Assembly (NCBI GenBank): GCA_050250855.1
Contig: JBFWNW010000002.1
Location: forward strand, 32,001-96,000
Direction of reading: 5' to 3'
Source of the DNA: Candidatus Babeliales bacterium
GTDB lineage: Bacteria; Babelota; Babeliae; Babelales; JACPOV01
DNA: 64,000 nucleotides
How positions within the stretch are numbered: position 1 is the stretch's first letter; the number at the start of each line of letters is the position of its first letter. A program made the translations under genes and the position numbers. A model generated the notes under the pieces. That model searched no databases. It was not told the DNA's origin and saw nothing but the letters and a program-made list of their open reading frames with translations. Positions 38,038 through 47,597 of the stretch are shown here, piece after piece.

Positions 38038-39627
38038 ATGAATACTTTTAAAACATTTAATCTTCACCCTGATTTAATAGCTACCCTGGAAACATTGGGT
38101 ATAACTACCCCCACCGAAATACAGACTCAAACCCTACCAATTTTACTTTCCCAAAACAAAGATTTTCATGGGCAAGCTCAAACAGGAACAGGGAAAACAT
38201 TAGCTTTTGGCCTTCCTTTACTCAGCAACATTAAAGCTGACAATAAAAAGACCCAAGCCCTTGTTGTGGCCCCAACCAGAGAACTTGTCGTACAAATTTT
38301 CCAAAGCTTACAACCTTTAGCTCAGGCTCGTGGTATTTCTATTGCCGCTATTTATGGTGGTGTTTCTATAGAAAATCAGTTCAGAGACCTTAAAAAAGGG
38401 GTTCAGGTTGTTATAGGTACACCGGGCCGCTTAAATGACCATTTAAAGCGAAAATCGTTGTCTTTAAGCACTATTCAGACGCTTGTCCTTGATGAAGCTG
38501 ATATCATGCTTGATATGGGCTTTAGAGAGGAAATAGATGAAATTCTACAATTTACTCCGCAAGACCGTAATATTTGGCTCTTTTCTGCTACCGTGAAATC
38601 AGGAATTAGCGAGCTTATGAAAACTCATATGAAGGACCCTGCTTCAGTACGCGCATCGCAAAAAAATGTAGGGAACTCAAATACTAAGCAGTACTTTTGC
38701 ACTGTTCCTAAAAAATATCGCTTTGAAGCTCTCTTGCGCTTTATTACCAATACTCCTTCATTCTATGGCTTTATTTTTTGCCAAACAAAAATAGAAACAG
38801 CAGAACTTGCAGAAAAATTAGCTGCTAAAGGATTAAGCTCTAATGCCCTCCATGGCGATATGAATCAAGCAAATAGAAATCGTGTTATTAAAGATTTTAA
38901 AAATAAAAAATTTAGCGTGCTTGTGGCAACTGACGTTGCAGCTCGTGGTATTGACGTTGCTGATATTACGCACGTTATTAACTACCAGCTTCCAGAAGAC
39001 CATGAGTCGTATGTTCACCGTGTAGGAAGAACAGGACGTGCTGGTAAAGAAGGTACTGCTATTACGTTAATTAATCCACGTGAAGTACATACTATAAAAA
39101 CATTACAAAAACGTTTTGGTGTTGCTATTGAAGCAATAGAAGTTCCTTCTGTAGAAGCTATGTATGACCGCCAAATTCAGGAAGCTCACAGTTTTGTAGA
39201 ATCTATGCAAAGTACCACTACAAAAAAATCTCATTTAGAAAAGCTACAAGCATTACTGAAAAATTATTCAACAGCTCAAATTAATACAGTAATACTATCG
39301 CTCCTTGATGAAAAATTCTTCAAGAATATTGATGATACACCGGTTAATTTCAGTGCTGCAGTAGAAGTCGACAATCGTTACCATAATGCTGATGTTGGTG
39401 AAATTATGATTAACGTTGGCTCGCAAGACGGCATTCAAACCCAGGATATTTTACATTACTTATTGCAAGATAAAAGTCTTAACAAGCGCAACATTGGCAA
39501 AATTCGAGTTATTAAGAAACGTAGTTTTGTTAAAATTCCACATGAAAAAGTTAATGATATTATTACAGCACTTAAAGGCAAAACTATTCGCGGACGTCGC
39601 GTATATATTGCTGCTGTAACACAGTAA
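38038..39627 (+). CDS. deaD: DEAD-box RNA helicase (DeaD/CshA-like) with DbpA-type RNA-binding domain
   Basis: AQTGTGKT, APTREL, GTPGR, DEAD, FSAT, ARGID, HRVGRTGRAG; C-terminal INVG..IGKI..SFV. Confidence 0.9.
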   Translation: MNTFKTFNLHPDLIATLETLGITTPTEIQTQTLPILLSQNKDFHGQAQTGTGKTLAFGLPLLSNIKADNKKTQALVVAPTRELVVQIFQSLQPLAQARGISIAAIYGGVSIENQFRDLKKGVQVVIGTPGRLNDHLKRKSLSLSTIQTLVLDEADIMLDMGFREEIDEILQFTPQDRNIWLFSATVKSGISELMKTHMKDPASVRASQKNVGNSNTKQYFCTVPKKYRFEALLRFITNTPSFYGFIFCQTKIETAELAEKLAAKGLSSNALHGDMNQANRNRVIKDFKNKKFSVLVATDVAARGIDVADITHVINYQLPEDHESYVHRVGRTGRAGKEGTAITLINPREVHTIKTLQKRFGVAIEAIEVPSVEAMYDRQIQEAHSFVESMQSTTTKKSHLEKLQALLKNYSTAQINTVILSLLDEKFFKNIDDTPVNFSAAVEVDNRYHNADVGEIMINVGSQDGIQTQDILHYLLQDKSLNKRNIGKIRVIKKRSFVKIPHEKVNDIITALKGKTIRGRRVYIAAVTQ

Positions 39628-39646
39628 AATATAATTCAAAAATTTG

Positions 39647-39680
39647 AAAGGAGCCGATTAAACTCGGCTCCTTTTGCTTT
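39647..39680 (+). terminator. Intrinsic terminator after the helicase
   Basis: AAAGGAGCCGA-ttaaac-TCGGCTCCTTT followed by TGCTTT. Confidence 0.85.
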
Positions 39681-39745
39681 TATGTTGCATAATTTTTCCT
39701 TCAAGGTACCCTAGTGTATGAATTTCAATCTTGAAGGAGACTTTT

Positions 39746-40501
39746 ATGAATAAAAAAATTACCCTATCACTCGCTTTACTTACTTCTATTTTTAGCTCTC
39801 TTTTTGCAGATCAAATCTATACCCCGCAAACAGCTGTTATTGGCTGGGAATTACCAAACATTTTGCTCGAAAGCACCTGTCCTTCTAAAGCTGGTATTAT
39901 TTGGGAAATTTTTAGTGATGCAGAAAATAAATGGGACTTAGTAAAACTTCTCTTTAATGGAGAATTAAGAAAAGATATAAAAGAACTAGCGCGCAGAAGT
40001 GATTATGTTATCGATGAAATTGTTGAAAAATTAAGTGACAAATACCCAGCGCTTGCTCCGCATGCAAACAACATTATGGATCTGGTAACAGAATTTGAAA
40101 TAATCAATGAAACTTTCCAAGTATTACAAGAATGCAAACAATGTGGTTATAAAAATTTTATTATCTCAAACATTGGCGCAGAGTCGCTACGCTTAATAAG
40201 CTCAAAACTGCCTGATTTTTTTGAACTTTTTGATGGGATTGTTGTTGCACATGAGCAAGAAAATAATGATGATAAATGGATTGCAAAACCACAAAGCGAA
40301 TATTACAAGGATATGCGTGAAGAATTAACGCAACAGGGAATCAATAGTAATATCATAGTTATTTGCATTGATAGTAAAAAAGAAAATATTGACGCTCTTA
40401 TAAAACTTTCAGAATTTAATATGAAAGCAGTTAGATACAAAAACCCTGACCAACTACGCAAACAATTAACGCGTTTGGGTGTACTTACCGCTGCAGCATA
40501 A
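39746..40501 (+). CDS. Exported HAD-like protein with degenerate catalytic motifs
   Basis: Leader MNKKITLSLALLTSIFSSLFA; IGWELPNIL (motif I-like), ISN, LFDG, AKP, IDSKKENI; AAGGAG SD. Confidence 0.65.
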   Translation: MNKKITLSLALLTSIFSSLFADQIYTPQTAVIGWELPNILLESTCPSKAGIIWEIFSDAENKWDLVKLLFNGELRKDIKELARRSDYVIDEIVEKLSDKYPALAPHANNIMDLVTEFEIINETFQVLQECKQCGYKNFIISNIGAESLRLISSKLPDFFELFDGIVVAHEQENNDDKWIAKPQSEYYKDMREELTQQGINSNIIVICIDSKKENIDALIKLSEFNMKAVRYKNPDQLRKQLTRLGVLTAAA

Positions 40502-40509
40502 AGGCCGCT

Positions 40510-40842
40510 ATGATTAGTTACCAAGATTTTGAAAAAGTTGATATTCGTACAGGAACAATTATTGAAGTTCAAGAATTCCCTGAAGCACGAAAACCTGCTT
40601 ATAAATTAACTATCGACTTTGGCAAAGAACTAGGTGTAAAAAAGTCTTCTGCTCAGATAACACAAAATTACAGTCGCCAGGAACTTATTGGCAAACAGAT
40701 TATTGCCGTAGTCAATTTTGGCCCTAAACAGATAGGGCCCTTCATTTCTGAAGTATTAACACTCGGGCTAGCACAAGAAGATGGCGCTGTTGTTTTGGTA
40801 GCACCAACTAAAACAGTTCCCAATGGAACGAAACTTTTTTAA
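40510..40842 (+). CDS. csaA: CsaA export chaperone / tRNA-binding protein
   Basis: DIRTGTI..FPEARKPAYKL.IDFG..KKSSAQIT, VNFGPKQIGPFISEVLTLG. Confidence 0.92.
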   Translation: MISYQDFEKVDIRTGTIIEVQEFPEARKPAYKLTIDFGKELGVKKSSAQITQNYSRQELIGKQIIAVVNFGPKQIGPFISEVLTLGLAQEDGAVVLVAPTKTVPNGTKLF

Positions 40843-40844
40843 AT

Positions 40845-41360
40845 ATGAAAACTCTGCATTCAACTACTTTTGAAACACTGCTGGGCACTATGCTTGCCAT
40901 AGCAGATGAAAATTTTTTGTATCTTTTAGAGTTTACTGAACGCAAAAACCTTACAAAAGAACTTAAAAATTTACAAAAAAATTATGCTATCGTTCCTGGT
41001 ACCACCAAAATAACCGAATCTATCAAACAAGAGATAAAAGGCTATTTTGCCGGAAAACTGCAACAATTCAAAACACCAATCAAAGTATCAGGAACGCCAT
41101 TCCAAGAAAAAACCTGGCAAGCACTCGCAAAAATTCCTTTTGGCAGTACGCAAAGTTATGCTCAACAAGCAATCTCTATGCATAAACCAAAAGCATGCCG
41201 CGCGGTTGCAAAAGCAAATAGCACCAATCAACTTGTTATTATTATTCCATGTCATCGGATAATTAATAAAAGTGGAAAACTTGGTGGCTATGCTGCTGGC
41301 CTTGCACGCAAGCAATGGCTCCTTGAGCATGAAAAACAAGTAGCTATGAGATCAATTTAA
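40845..41360 (+). CDS. ogt: Methylated-DNA--protein-cysteine methyltransferase
   Basis: GTPFQ..W..L..IPFG, RAVA.AN, IPCHRI, LGGYAAG. Confidence 0.95.
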   Translation: MKTLHSTTFETLLGTMLAIADENFLYLLEFTERKNLTKELKNLQKNYAIVPGTTKITESIKQEIKGYFAGKLQQFKTPIKVSGTPFQEKTWQALAKIPFGSTQSYAQQAISMHKPKACRAVAKANSTNQLVIIIPCHRIINKSGKLGGYAAGLARKQWLLEHEKQVAMRSI

Positions 41361-41598
41361 ATCGCGGTTGTTCTTGATTATCTATAAGAACAGTTTCACA
41401 GAATTTGTTTAGCGATCTTGCAAAGATAGGGTTATCGCCAAGCTTTGGGTCATTATAAAGCCCTTGATACACAACCCATTGTTCAAGATCATCAGCTTCG
41501 CTATTCCATACAAGCATTAAAATTTTATAACGTTTACCTTTATAGTGCTCGTAAACATCATGGGCAGATGGTTTTTTAAAATTCCCTTGAGTAAGCAT
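41344..41598 (-). CDS. DUF1653 family protein
   Basis: YEHYKGKRY, VVYQGLY, FARS..F, PRF; AAGGAG SD. Confidence 0.85.
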   Translation of the reverse strand: MLTQGNFKKPSAHDVYEHYKGKRYKILMLVWNSEADDLEQWVVYQGLYNDPKLGDNPIFARSLNKFCETVLIDNQEQPRFKLIS

Positions 41599-41657
41599 TG
41601 TTAACTCCTTTGTAGTAACTTAAATTTTTGTCTGATTGCTTGGTGCAGTATAAAAAC

Positions 41658-42044
41658 CTACTTTAATTCTACTTCTTGTTCTTCTAAACTCTTGTAAAAA
41701 GCAGAGCGTAGCCATACTTTATCAACTGCTTGAAGAGCTACAGCAAATACTGCATAATGAAATGCCGCCCATAAACCCATATAAGAACTCCTCTGCAGAG
41801 AACTTTTGATATCGCGACGGCCAAGGTCACTTATTGTGCATATAGTAATTGGAAACAAAAATTTATATGCCGCCCATGTCCCTACCATAATTGATGCAGC
41901 ATTTATATTAGCACGAACATTAAAGTACCAATCAGTTGAACTATATTGCTTTGGCAAATTATTTTTTTCACTTGAAAAGGTTGTACTTATTGCAGAAGAA
42001 AGCAATACTACCAATGCAAAATTTTTATAATGAGCTAAAAACAT
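41658..42044 (-). CDS. Hypothetical exported/membrane protein, paralog of 42176..42814
   Basis: MFLAHYKNFAL leader, DWYFNVR, DKVWL..FYKSLEEQ; GAGGAG SD. Confidence 0.75.
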   Translation of the reverse strand: MFLAHYKNFALVVLLSSAISTTFSSEKNNLPKQYSSTDWYFNVRANINAASIMVGTWAAYKFLFPITICTISDLGRRDIKSSLQRSSYMGLWAAFHYAVFAVALQAVDKVWLRSAFYKSLEEQEVELK

Positions 42045-42120
42045 ATACTCTCCTCATAGTGTTAATATAAAAAATTAAAATCTAGCTTCATACTAAACAT
42101 CGATAAAGAAAATATACAAT

Positions 42121-42152
42121 AAAAAAAGGGCTGAGAAAAATCCCAGCCCTTT
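42121..42152 (-). terminator. Intrinsic terminator after 42176..42814
   Basis: AAAGGGCTG..CAGCCCTTT with an A7 run (U tract on the minus strand). Confidence 0.75.
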
Positions 42153-42175
42153 AAATAGTTTTTTTGGTCTATATC

Positions 42176-42814
42176 TTAGTTTGCTTCTTGCTCTTCTGCT
42201 GCAACAGCAACCTCTTCTTTTTGAACAGCATCACTACTTGCTTCATTAGCTAAACTCGCTGCATTTTCAAGTACAACCATAAAAGGATGTTTTTCTGTCT
42301 CTTTATACTCAGCTTCAGTTTGTTTTTCTGAACTCTTCAAGCAGGATTTCATTATAGCCTCAATACGATTTATCTCATCCTTAAGCATAACCACAAAAGA
42401 ATTATTTTCTGCCTCTTTATGCTCAGCTTTATTTTGCTCTTCTAAGCTCTTGTAGTAAGCAGGGCTAAGCCATAGTTTATCAATTGCTTTCAGGGCTAAA
42501 ATCATACCTGCATAGGAAAACATATGGGGAAGTCCATACTGAGAAGCATTGTAAAAAGCATCTGCAAAAGAACAAGGATGAATAAACATGCTCCCCTTTA
42601 CCTTAAAACTACGGATTAGATAAATATATTCAGATACTGCATAAGTTCCTGCAATAATTGCTGCAGAATTCAAGTTAGTACGAACATTAAAATACCAGTC
42701 AGCTGCGCTGTGCCCTTTTGGCAAAGATTTTTCTTGCTCTCCTGAAACTGCTGTACCAACTATAGAGAAAAGCAATGCAGCTAATGCAAAGTTTTTATAA
42801 CGAGACAGAAACAT
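42176..42814 (-). CDS. Hypothetical exported/membrane protein with repeated acidic C-terminal segment
   Basis: MFLSRYKNFAL leader, DWYFNVR, DKLWL..YYKSLEEQ. Confidence 0.75.
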   Translation of the reverse strand: MFLSRYKNFALAALLFSIVGTAVSGEQEKSLPKGHSAADWYFNVRTNLNSAAIIAGTYAVSEYIYLIRSFKVKGSMFIHPCSFADAFYNASQYGLPHMFSYAGMILALKAIDKLWLSPAYYKSLEEQNKAEHKEAENNSFVVMLKDEINRIEAIMKSCLKSSEKQTEAEYKETEKHPFMVVLENAASLANEASSDAVQKEEVAVAAEEQEAN

Positions 42815-42865
42815 AAAATCCCCTACAAGGTTAATTTTGTTATAATAAAGATTAGATCTGCCTTA

Positions 42866-42893
42866 AGAATAACTTCTACTATAAAAATGTCAA
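42866..42893 (-). promoter_or_regulatory. Candidate sigma70 promoter for 42176..42814
   Basis: Minus strand TTGACA-N16-TATTCT. Confidence 0.5.
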
Positions 42894-43025
42894 TTCAAAA
42901 GAACTGCTTGCCCATCACCTTTTAATTCAAATAGAAAACTATAAATAACGCCTTTTTGACTTTTTTTTAAAAATCTATAATGTTATACATATATGGGTAA
43001 AAAATAGCTATAAATGGAGGCTATC

Positions 43026-43772
43026 ATGCAAAAACGGTTATTATTATCTCTTTCCCTGCTTTTGGCAAGTTCTTCACTCTTTTGCCAACAAGAAACACCT
43101 AAACTTAATAACACTAATACGATCATTGCCTGGGATTTTCATGACGTTTTAGTAAGAAAAAATTGGTCTAATATAGGGTCTTCTGCCCTTAATTTGATAA
43201 AAAAAGATTGGAGTCTTTTAGGCTATTTATTCTCTCCTATTTCATTTTATATTCCAGCGTATAGAATAATAAAAAATTCAAGCAACCCTGAAGAAATTGT
43301 TGATAAACTGATCAGCAATTATGGTTATTTAAAACAACATGAAGATGACCTTTTAAATCTTGTTAATCAGCATGACCTTATTCCAGAATCTGTTACTGCA
43401 CTAGAGCTCTTAAAAAAACAAGGTTACAAAAATTACCTAGCTTCAAATATGGGACCAAAATCATACACAATAAATCAAAAACGTTTTTCAGAATTTATGA
43501 ATAAGTTTGATGGTAAATTTATTCCTTCTGACAATACTGAACAGGATAAAAAACCAAAACCATTTTTAGAATATTTTTATGGTCTGCGATCATTTCTTAA
43601 TACACAAAAAGATATAACAGATCAAACAACTATCATTTTCCTTGATGATAGTGCAAAAAACATTAAAGCAGCAAATGAATCTCAAAAAAATATTATTGGG
43701 CTGCACGTTACTGATCCCAAAAATATAAAAAATCTTTTGAATAACCATATTACTCTAAATCAGGATGTATAA
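43026..43772 (+). CDS. Exported HAD-superfamily hydrolase-like protein
   Basis: Leader MQKRLLLSLSLLLASSSLFC; IAWDFHDVL, LASN, KPKP, FLDDSAKNIKAA; GGAGG SD. Confidence 0.75.
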   Translation: MQKRLLLSLSLLLASSSLFCQQETPKLNNTNTIIAWDFHDVLVRKNWSNIGSSALNLIKKDWSLLGYLFSPISFYIPAYRIIKNSSNPEEIVDKLISNYGYLKQHEDDLLNLVNQHDLIPESVTALELLKKQGYKNYLASNMGPKSYTINQKRFSEFMNKFDGKFIPSDNTEQDKKPKPFLEYFYGLRSFLNTQKDITDQTTIIFLDDSAKNIKAANESQKNIIGLHVTDPKNIKNLLNNHITLNQDV

Positions 43773-45208
43773 TGAAATTATTTAACTACGCTATACCGTT
43801 CTTTCTTTTTGCAACCTTTTCAACGCCACTATTAAGTAAAAAAACCAAAACAAAAAAATATGATTGGCAAAAAGAAGACCACTGGAATTGGTCAACAGTT
43901 GACTCCATGAGCAATGAAGATTTCTGGCAGCAATTAACACGCTTCTTCCCTCAAGATTTTGCTTGGGGTGTTGCAACATCAGCATTCCAAATGGAAGGAA
44001 CACAATCTGCTCATGGCAAACATTGTTTAAATAGTTGGACTAAAAATGCACAACTTGCTCAACCGGGCATTGCAACTGGCCACTGGGATCGTTACAAAGA
44101 AGACGTTCAGTTGATTAAAAAAGCAGGTTTTACGCACTACCGCTTTTCTATAGAATGGAGCAAAGTTGAGCCTGAATGTGGTGTTTTTGACGAAGATGCT
44201 CTGCAGCATTATAGTGATCTTGTTGATGAACTTATCGCCAACGGCATTACTCCCATTCCTTGCCTTTTCCATCATGCATGGCCGCTGTGGTTTGATGATA
44301 AAGATCATTTTGAAAAAACAGAAAATATCCATTATTTTACCCAATTTGCTTTATACGTATTTGAAAAACTGCATCACAAAATTCAGATGTGGATGACGTT
44401 TAATGAACCTGCCGGTTATGCAATGGCTGCTTACGTTGATGCAAAATATCCACCGTGCAAAAAACTTGCCTTTAAAGAATGTGGCATTTGGCTTAAAAAT
44501 GTTTTAAATGCGCACGTTGCTGTTGCTATGAAATTTAAAGAGATTAACCCAACAGTACAAGTTGGCTTTCCTCATATGTTCAATCCTTTAGATCCTTACA
44601 ATAGTTGGAATCCTTGCGATTATAAAATAACAGGAGAATTTAACTATTTACTCCATGATGTAACGCTCAATTTCTTTAAAACAGGACATTTTGATTGGAA
44701 AATTTCTTTATTTGGTATGAATACCTATCGCATTCGTGATTACAACAAAAATGCACCAAAGTCACTCGATTATTTAGGTGTTAACTATTACAGCCATACC
44801 ACTATAGGTTGGTTTAAGCGTAAAGTGCGTGAAAATGAACCTTATACTGGCGGTAAGAATGGCAGAACTATTTATCCAGAAGGTTTGTATCGTTCTATTA
44901 AAAAAGCCAATGAACTTGCAACTGCTCTTAACATTCCGCTTTATATTGCAGAAAATGGTGTTAACGATCCACAAGACATTTGGAAAAATGAGTTCTTAAA
45001 AAAACATTTATCAGTTATTACACGAGCAATGCAAGAAGGCATTGATATTCGTGGCTACTACTGGTGGACTTTGCTTGATTCATTCTCATGGTCCCACAAT
45101 ACTGATAGCAAAATGGGTTTTTATGCTGTTGATGAAAACCTTAACAGAACATTACGCTTTGGCGTTCAGCCTTTTATTGAATTCATGAAAACAGTACAAG
45201 CGAGTTAA
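43772..45208 (+). CDS. GH1 beta-glycosidase with signal peptide
   Basis: WGVATSAFQMEG, YRFSIEWS, TFNEP (acid/base), IAENG (nucleophile), GYYWWTLLD; TAATG overlap with the upstream gene. Confidence 0.92.
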   Translation: MKLFNYAIPFFLFATFSTPLLSKKTKTKKYDWQKEDHWNWSTVDSMSNEDFWQQLTRFFPQDFAWGVATSAFQMEGTQSAHGKHCLNSWTKNAQLAQPGIATGHWDRYKEDVQLIKKAGFTHYRFSIEWSKVEPECGVFDEDALQHYSDLVDELIANGITPIPCLFHHAWPLWFDDKDHFEKTENIHYFTQFALYVFEKLHHKIQMWMTFNEPAGYAMAAYVDAKYPPCKKLAFKECGIWLKNVLNAHVAVAMKFKEINPTVQVGFPHMFNPLDPYNSWNPCDYKITGEFNYLLHDVTLNFFKTGHFDWKISLFGMNTYRIRDYNKNAPKSLDYLGVNYYSHTTIGWFKRKVRENEPYTGGKNGRTIYPEGLYRSIKKANELATALNIPLYIAENGVNDPQDIWKNEFLKKHLSVITRAMQEGIDIRGYYWWTLLDSFSWSHNTDSKMGFYAVDENLNRTLRFGVQPFIEFMKTVQAS

Positions 45209-45213
45209 AAACT

Positions 45214-45250
45214 AAAAAGGGCCGGCTAAACACCGGCCCTTTATTCTTTT
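45214..45250. terminator. Bidirectional intrinsic terminator
   Basis: AAAGGGCCGG-ctaaaca-CCGGCCCTTT between convergent genes. Confidence 0.85.
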
Positions 45251-45264
45251 TCTAAAAAAACTAA

Positions 45265-45900
45265 TTATGAAACTAAAGGATAAATTTCAACGCGGCGGTT
45301 AGCAGCTTGGCCTTCCTTAGTTACCGCTTGCTCCATAATCATAGGCTCATCATAGCCAACGCCAATCAAAATGCGTTTGCTTTCTGGCACGCCAAGCATA
45401 TTTGCAGCATGAATAGCACGCTCATTAGATCTAATCATATTATATAAAGAATCACCTTTTGGCGACCAACAGCAAGCATGGCCACGGAAGACAATTTTAT
45501 AGCCTTTCTTTTGCCATTTATTAATTTCTGAGCGCACTGCTTTAAGCTGAGCTTTTTGATCCGCTCGCGGCTCATTACTGTCATAATCAAAATAAATGCA
45601 GCATTTCTCTCCCTCAGTACGGGCTGGTTTTAAGCGGAATTCTTCTTTTGCATCAGCCTTCGCTACCACCATTCCTTTATCATGAGACTCTTCGTCTAAA
45701 ACAAAGGTTTCTACGTCATCAAATGTATTAGTATCTTCATCAAAAAAGCTTAAAAGGGTTCCTTTTGAATCACCACCTAAAGGCATAGCTAATTTTTGGC
45801 CCTCAGTATCAGGCTTAACTTCCTTGACCTGCTTGTCTCCACAGCCGGCAAGAACTCCTAGTAAGATAATAAAAAGGGGGAATAAATTGCGTTTTTTCAT
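45265..45900 (-). CDS. OmpA/Pal-like C-terminal domain lipoprotein
   Basis: Start 45900 (GAGGAG SD); lipobox LAGC; IYFDYDS, GHA, N..S..RA, GYDEP, NRRVEI. Confidence 0.85.
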   Translation of the reverse strand: MKKRNLFPLFIILLGVLAGCGDKQVKEVKPDTEGQKLAMPLGGDSKGTLLSFFDEDTNTFDDVETFVLDEESHDKGMVVAKADAKEEFRLKPARTEGEKCCIYFDYDSNEPRADQKAQLKAVRSEINKWQKKGYKIVFRGHACCWSPKGDSLYNMIRSNERAIHAANMLGVPESKRILIGVGYDEPMIMEQAVTKEGQAANRRVEIYPLVS

Positions 45901-46082
45901 AGAAATCTCCTCTAAAAAACTCATTATACTCAGGTTCAGATAGGGGAAACGTACCATATTTTTAACTATTTTACTAGAAGATTCTCTCGTTTCCTGTAAT
46001 TTGTTGTACGAATAAGGTATACTAGAATTATACCTGGTTAAGGTTAAAAAATTATAGTTATTTAGGGGCGGATTGGAGATCC

Positions 46083-47591
46083 ATGAAAAAAATTTTAATA
46101 CAAGTAACCCTTTGGCAAACAAAGGTTGCTATACTCCGGGATGGAGAACTACAGAATATCTATTTTTCATCCCCGGTCAGTGAAAATCTTGAACGTTCAT
46201 ATTTTAAGGGTATTGTTAATAAGGTACTGCCTGGGATACAAACAGCCTTTGTAGACATCGGGCAACCAAAAGCAGGCTTTTTACATATATCAGAAATTGA
46301 TCGAGAGCTTGCACTCCAGCGCATGAGCTCTACCGTAGATCTTGAAGATTTTAAGGATTCAAAACCTGAGCCTTCTCCATCTCGTCATGGTATGGATATT
46401 AGCAAGATATTCAAGGAAAATGAGAATATCTTAGTACAAGTAAGCAAAGAACCTGTTTATGAAAAAGGGGCTAAACTTACTACCTGCTTTACCATTCCTG
46501 GTAGATTTCTTGTTCTTATGCCCAATATTCCCCGCATAGCTATTTCTAAAAAAATAGAAGACCGAGAAGAACGCGCACGCCTTAAAGAATTGGTTTTGGC
46601 TAATTTACCTGAGGGTATGGGCGCTATTATACGTACAACTTCAGAAAAACGTTTAGAAAAAGAAATCATTCGCGACCTGCATTACTTAGTTGATATTTGG
46701 AATACTATTCTAAAAAAATATCAAGCTGCAAAACCTACTGAAAAAATTTATGAAGATTTACCATTAGTGCTCAGCATTGTGCGTGATCATCTTGATGAAG
46801 ATGTAGAAGATGTTGTTATTGATGATCAAAGAACACAAGTTGAAGTCTATAAATTTGTAAAAACAATAGCACCAGAATATGCTCAACGCATCCATTATTA
46901 TGCAGGGCCTCAAGATTTATTTGAGCGCTTTAATGTTAATAAGCAACTAGAAGAAGCACTTTCTGAAAAAGTTCATCTAAAATCTGGCGGTTCTATTATT
47001 GTTGAAACTACACAAGCTATGACCGTTATTGATGTAAATACTGGTAAATTTATAGGTAAAACAGATTTAGAAGAAACAATACTTAAGACAAATTTAGAAG
47101 CTGCTGAAGAAGTTGTACGCCAGTTGCGCTTGCGCAACATTGGTGGGCTTATTGTTATTGACTTTATTGATATGGCAACGCATGCCCACCGCCAAAAGCT
47201 TTTAAAATTTCTAGAGCGCATGCTTAAAGAGCGTGATAAATTCCAATCTGTGGTACTGAAAGTTTCTGAGTTTGGGCTTATTCAGATGACGCGTAAGCGT
47301 TCAGGCAAAACATTGTTGCAGGAATTAATGACAACCTGTCCAACCTGTAAAAGTCTTGGTGTTATTAAATCAATCCAAACGCAATGTTATACAATTTTGG
47401 AAAAAATAAAAATCGCTTTAGAAAAAAAGAAAACTGAACCAAAAATAACCCTTGTTCTTAACCATGAAATGTTTGAATACATGACTGGCATAGAATACAA
47501 CGTTATTCTTGAGCTTGAGAAAAAATACAATGCCAAAATTACTCTCGTAAGCGATGAAACCATGCACTTACTAGAGTTTGAGATTCAGTAA
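46083..47591 (+). CDS. rng: Rne/Rng family ribonuclease (RNase G-sized)
   Basis: AFVDIG..GFLH, LVQVSKEP..KGA.LT, IDVNTG, LRNIGGLIVIDFIDM, CPTC. Confidence 0.93.
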   Translation: MKKILIQVTLWQTKVAILRDGELQNIYFSSPVSENLERSYFKGIVNKVLPGIQTAFVDIGQPKAGFLHISEIDRELALQRMSSTVDLEDFKDSKPEPSPSRHGMDISKIFKENENILVQVSKEPVYEKGAKLTTCFTIPGRFLVLMPNIPRIAISKKIEDREERARLKELVLANLPEGMGAIIRTTSEKRLEKEIIRDLHYLVDIWNTILKKYQAAKPTEKIYEDLPLVLSIVRDHLDEDVEDVVIDDQRTQVEVYKFVKTIAPEYAQRIHYYAGPQDLFERFNVNKQLEEALSEKVHLKSGGSIIVETTQAMTVIDVNTGKFIGKTDLEETILKTNLEAAEEVVRQLRLRNIGGLIVIDFIDMATHAHRQKLLKFLERMLKERDKFQSVVLKVSEFGLIQMTRKRSGKTLLQELMTTCPTCKSLGVIKSIQTQCYTILEKIKIALEKKKTEPKITLVLNHEMFEYMTGIEYNVILELEKKYNAKITLVSDETMHLLEFEIQ

Positions 47592-47597
47592 TTTTTA

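Noticed and set aside
42956..42983. TTGACT...TATAAT as a consensus promoter for the HAD-GH1 pair
   Set aside because: Spacer to TATAAT is only 14 nt; TAATGT at 16 nt is possible but too weak to list.
45901..46122. 74 aa N-terminal extension of the OmpA-like ORF in the track
   Set aside because: It overlaps the rng start and the divergent promoter region; SD and lipobox support ATG 45900.
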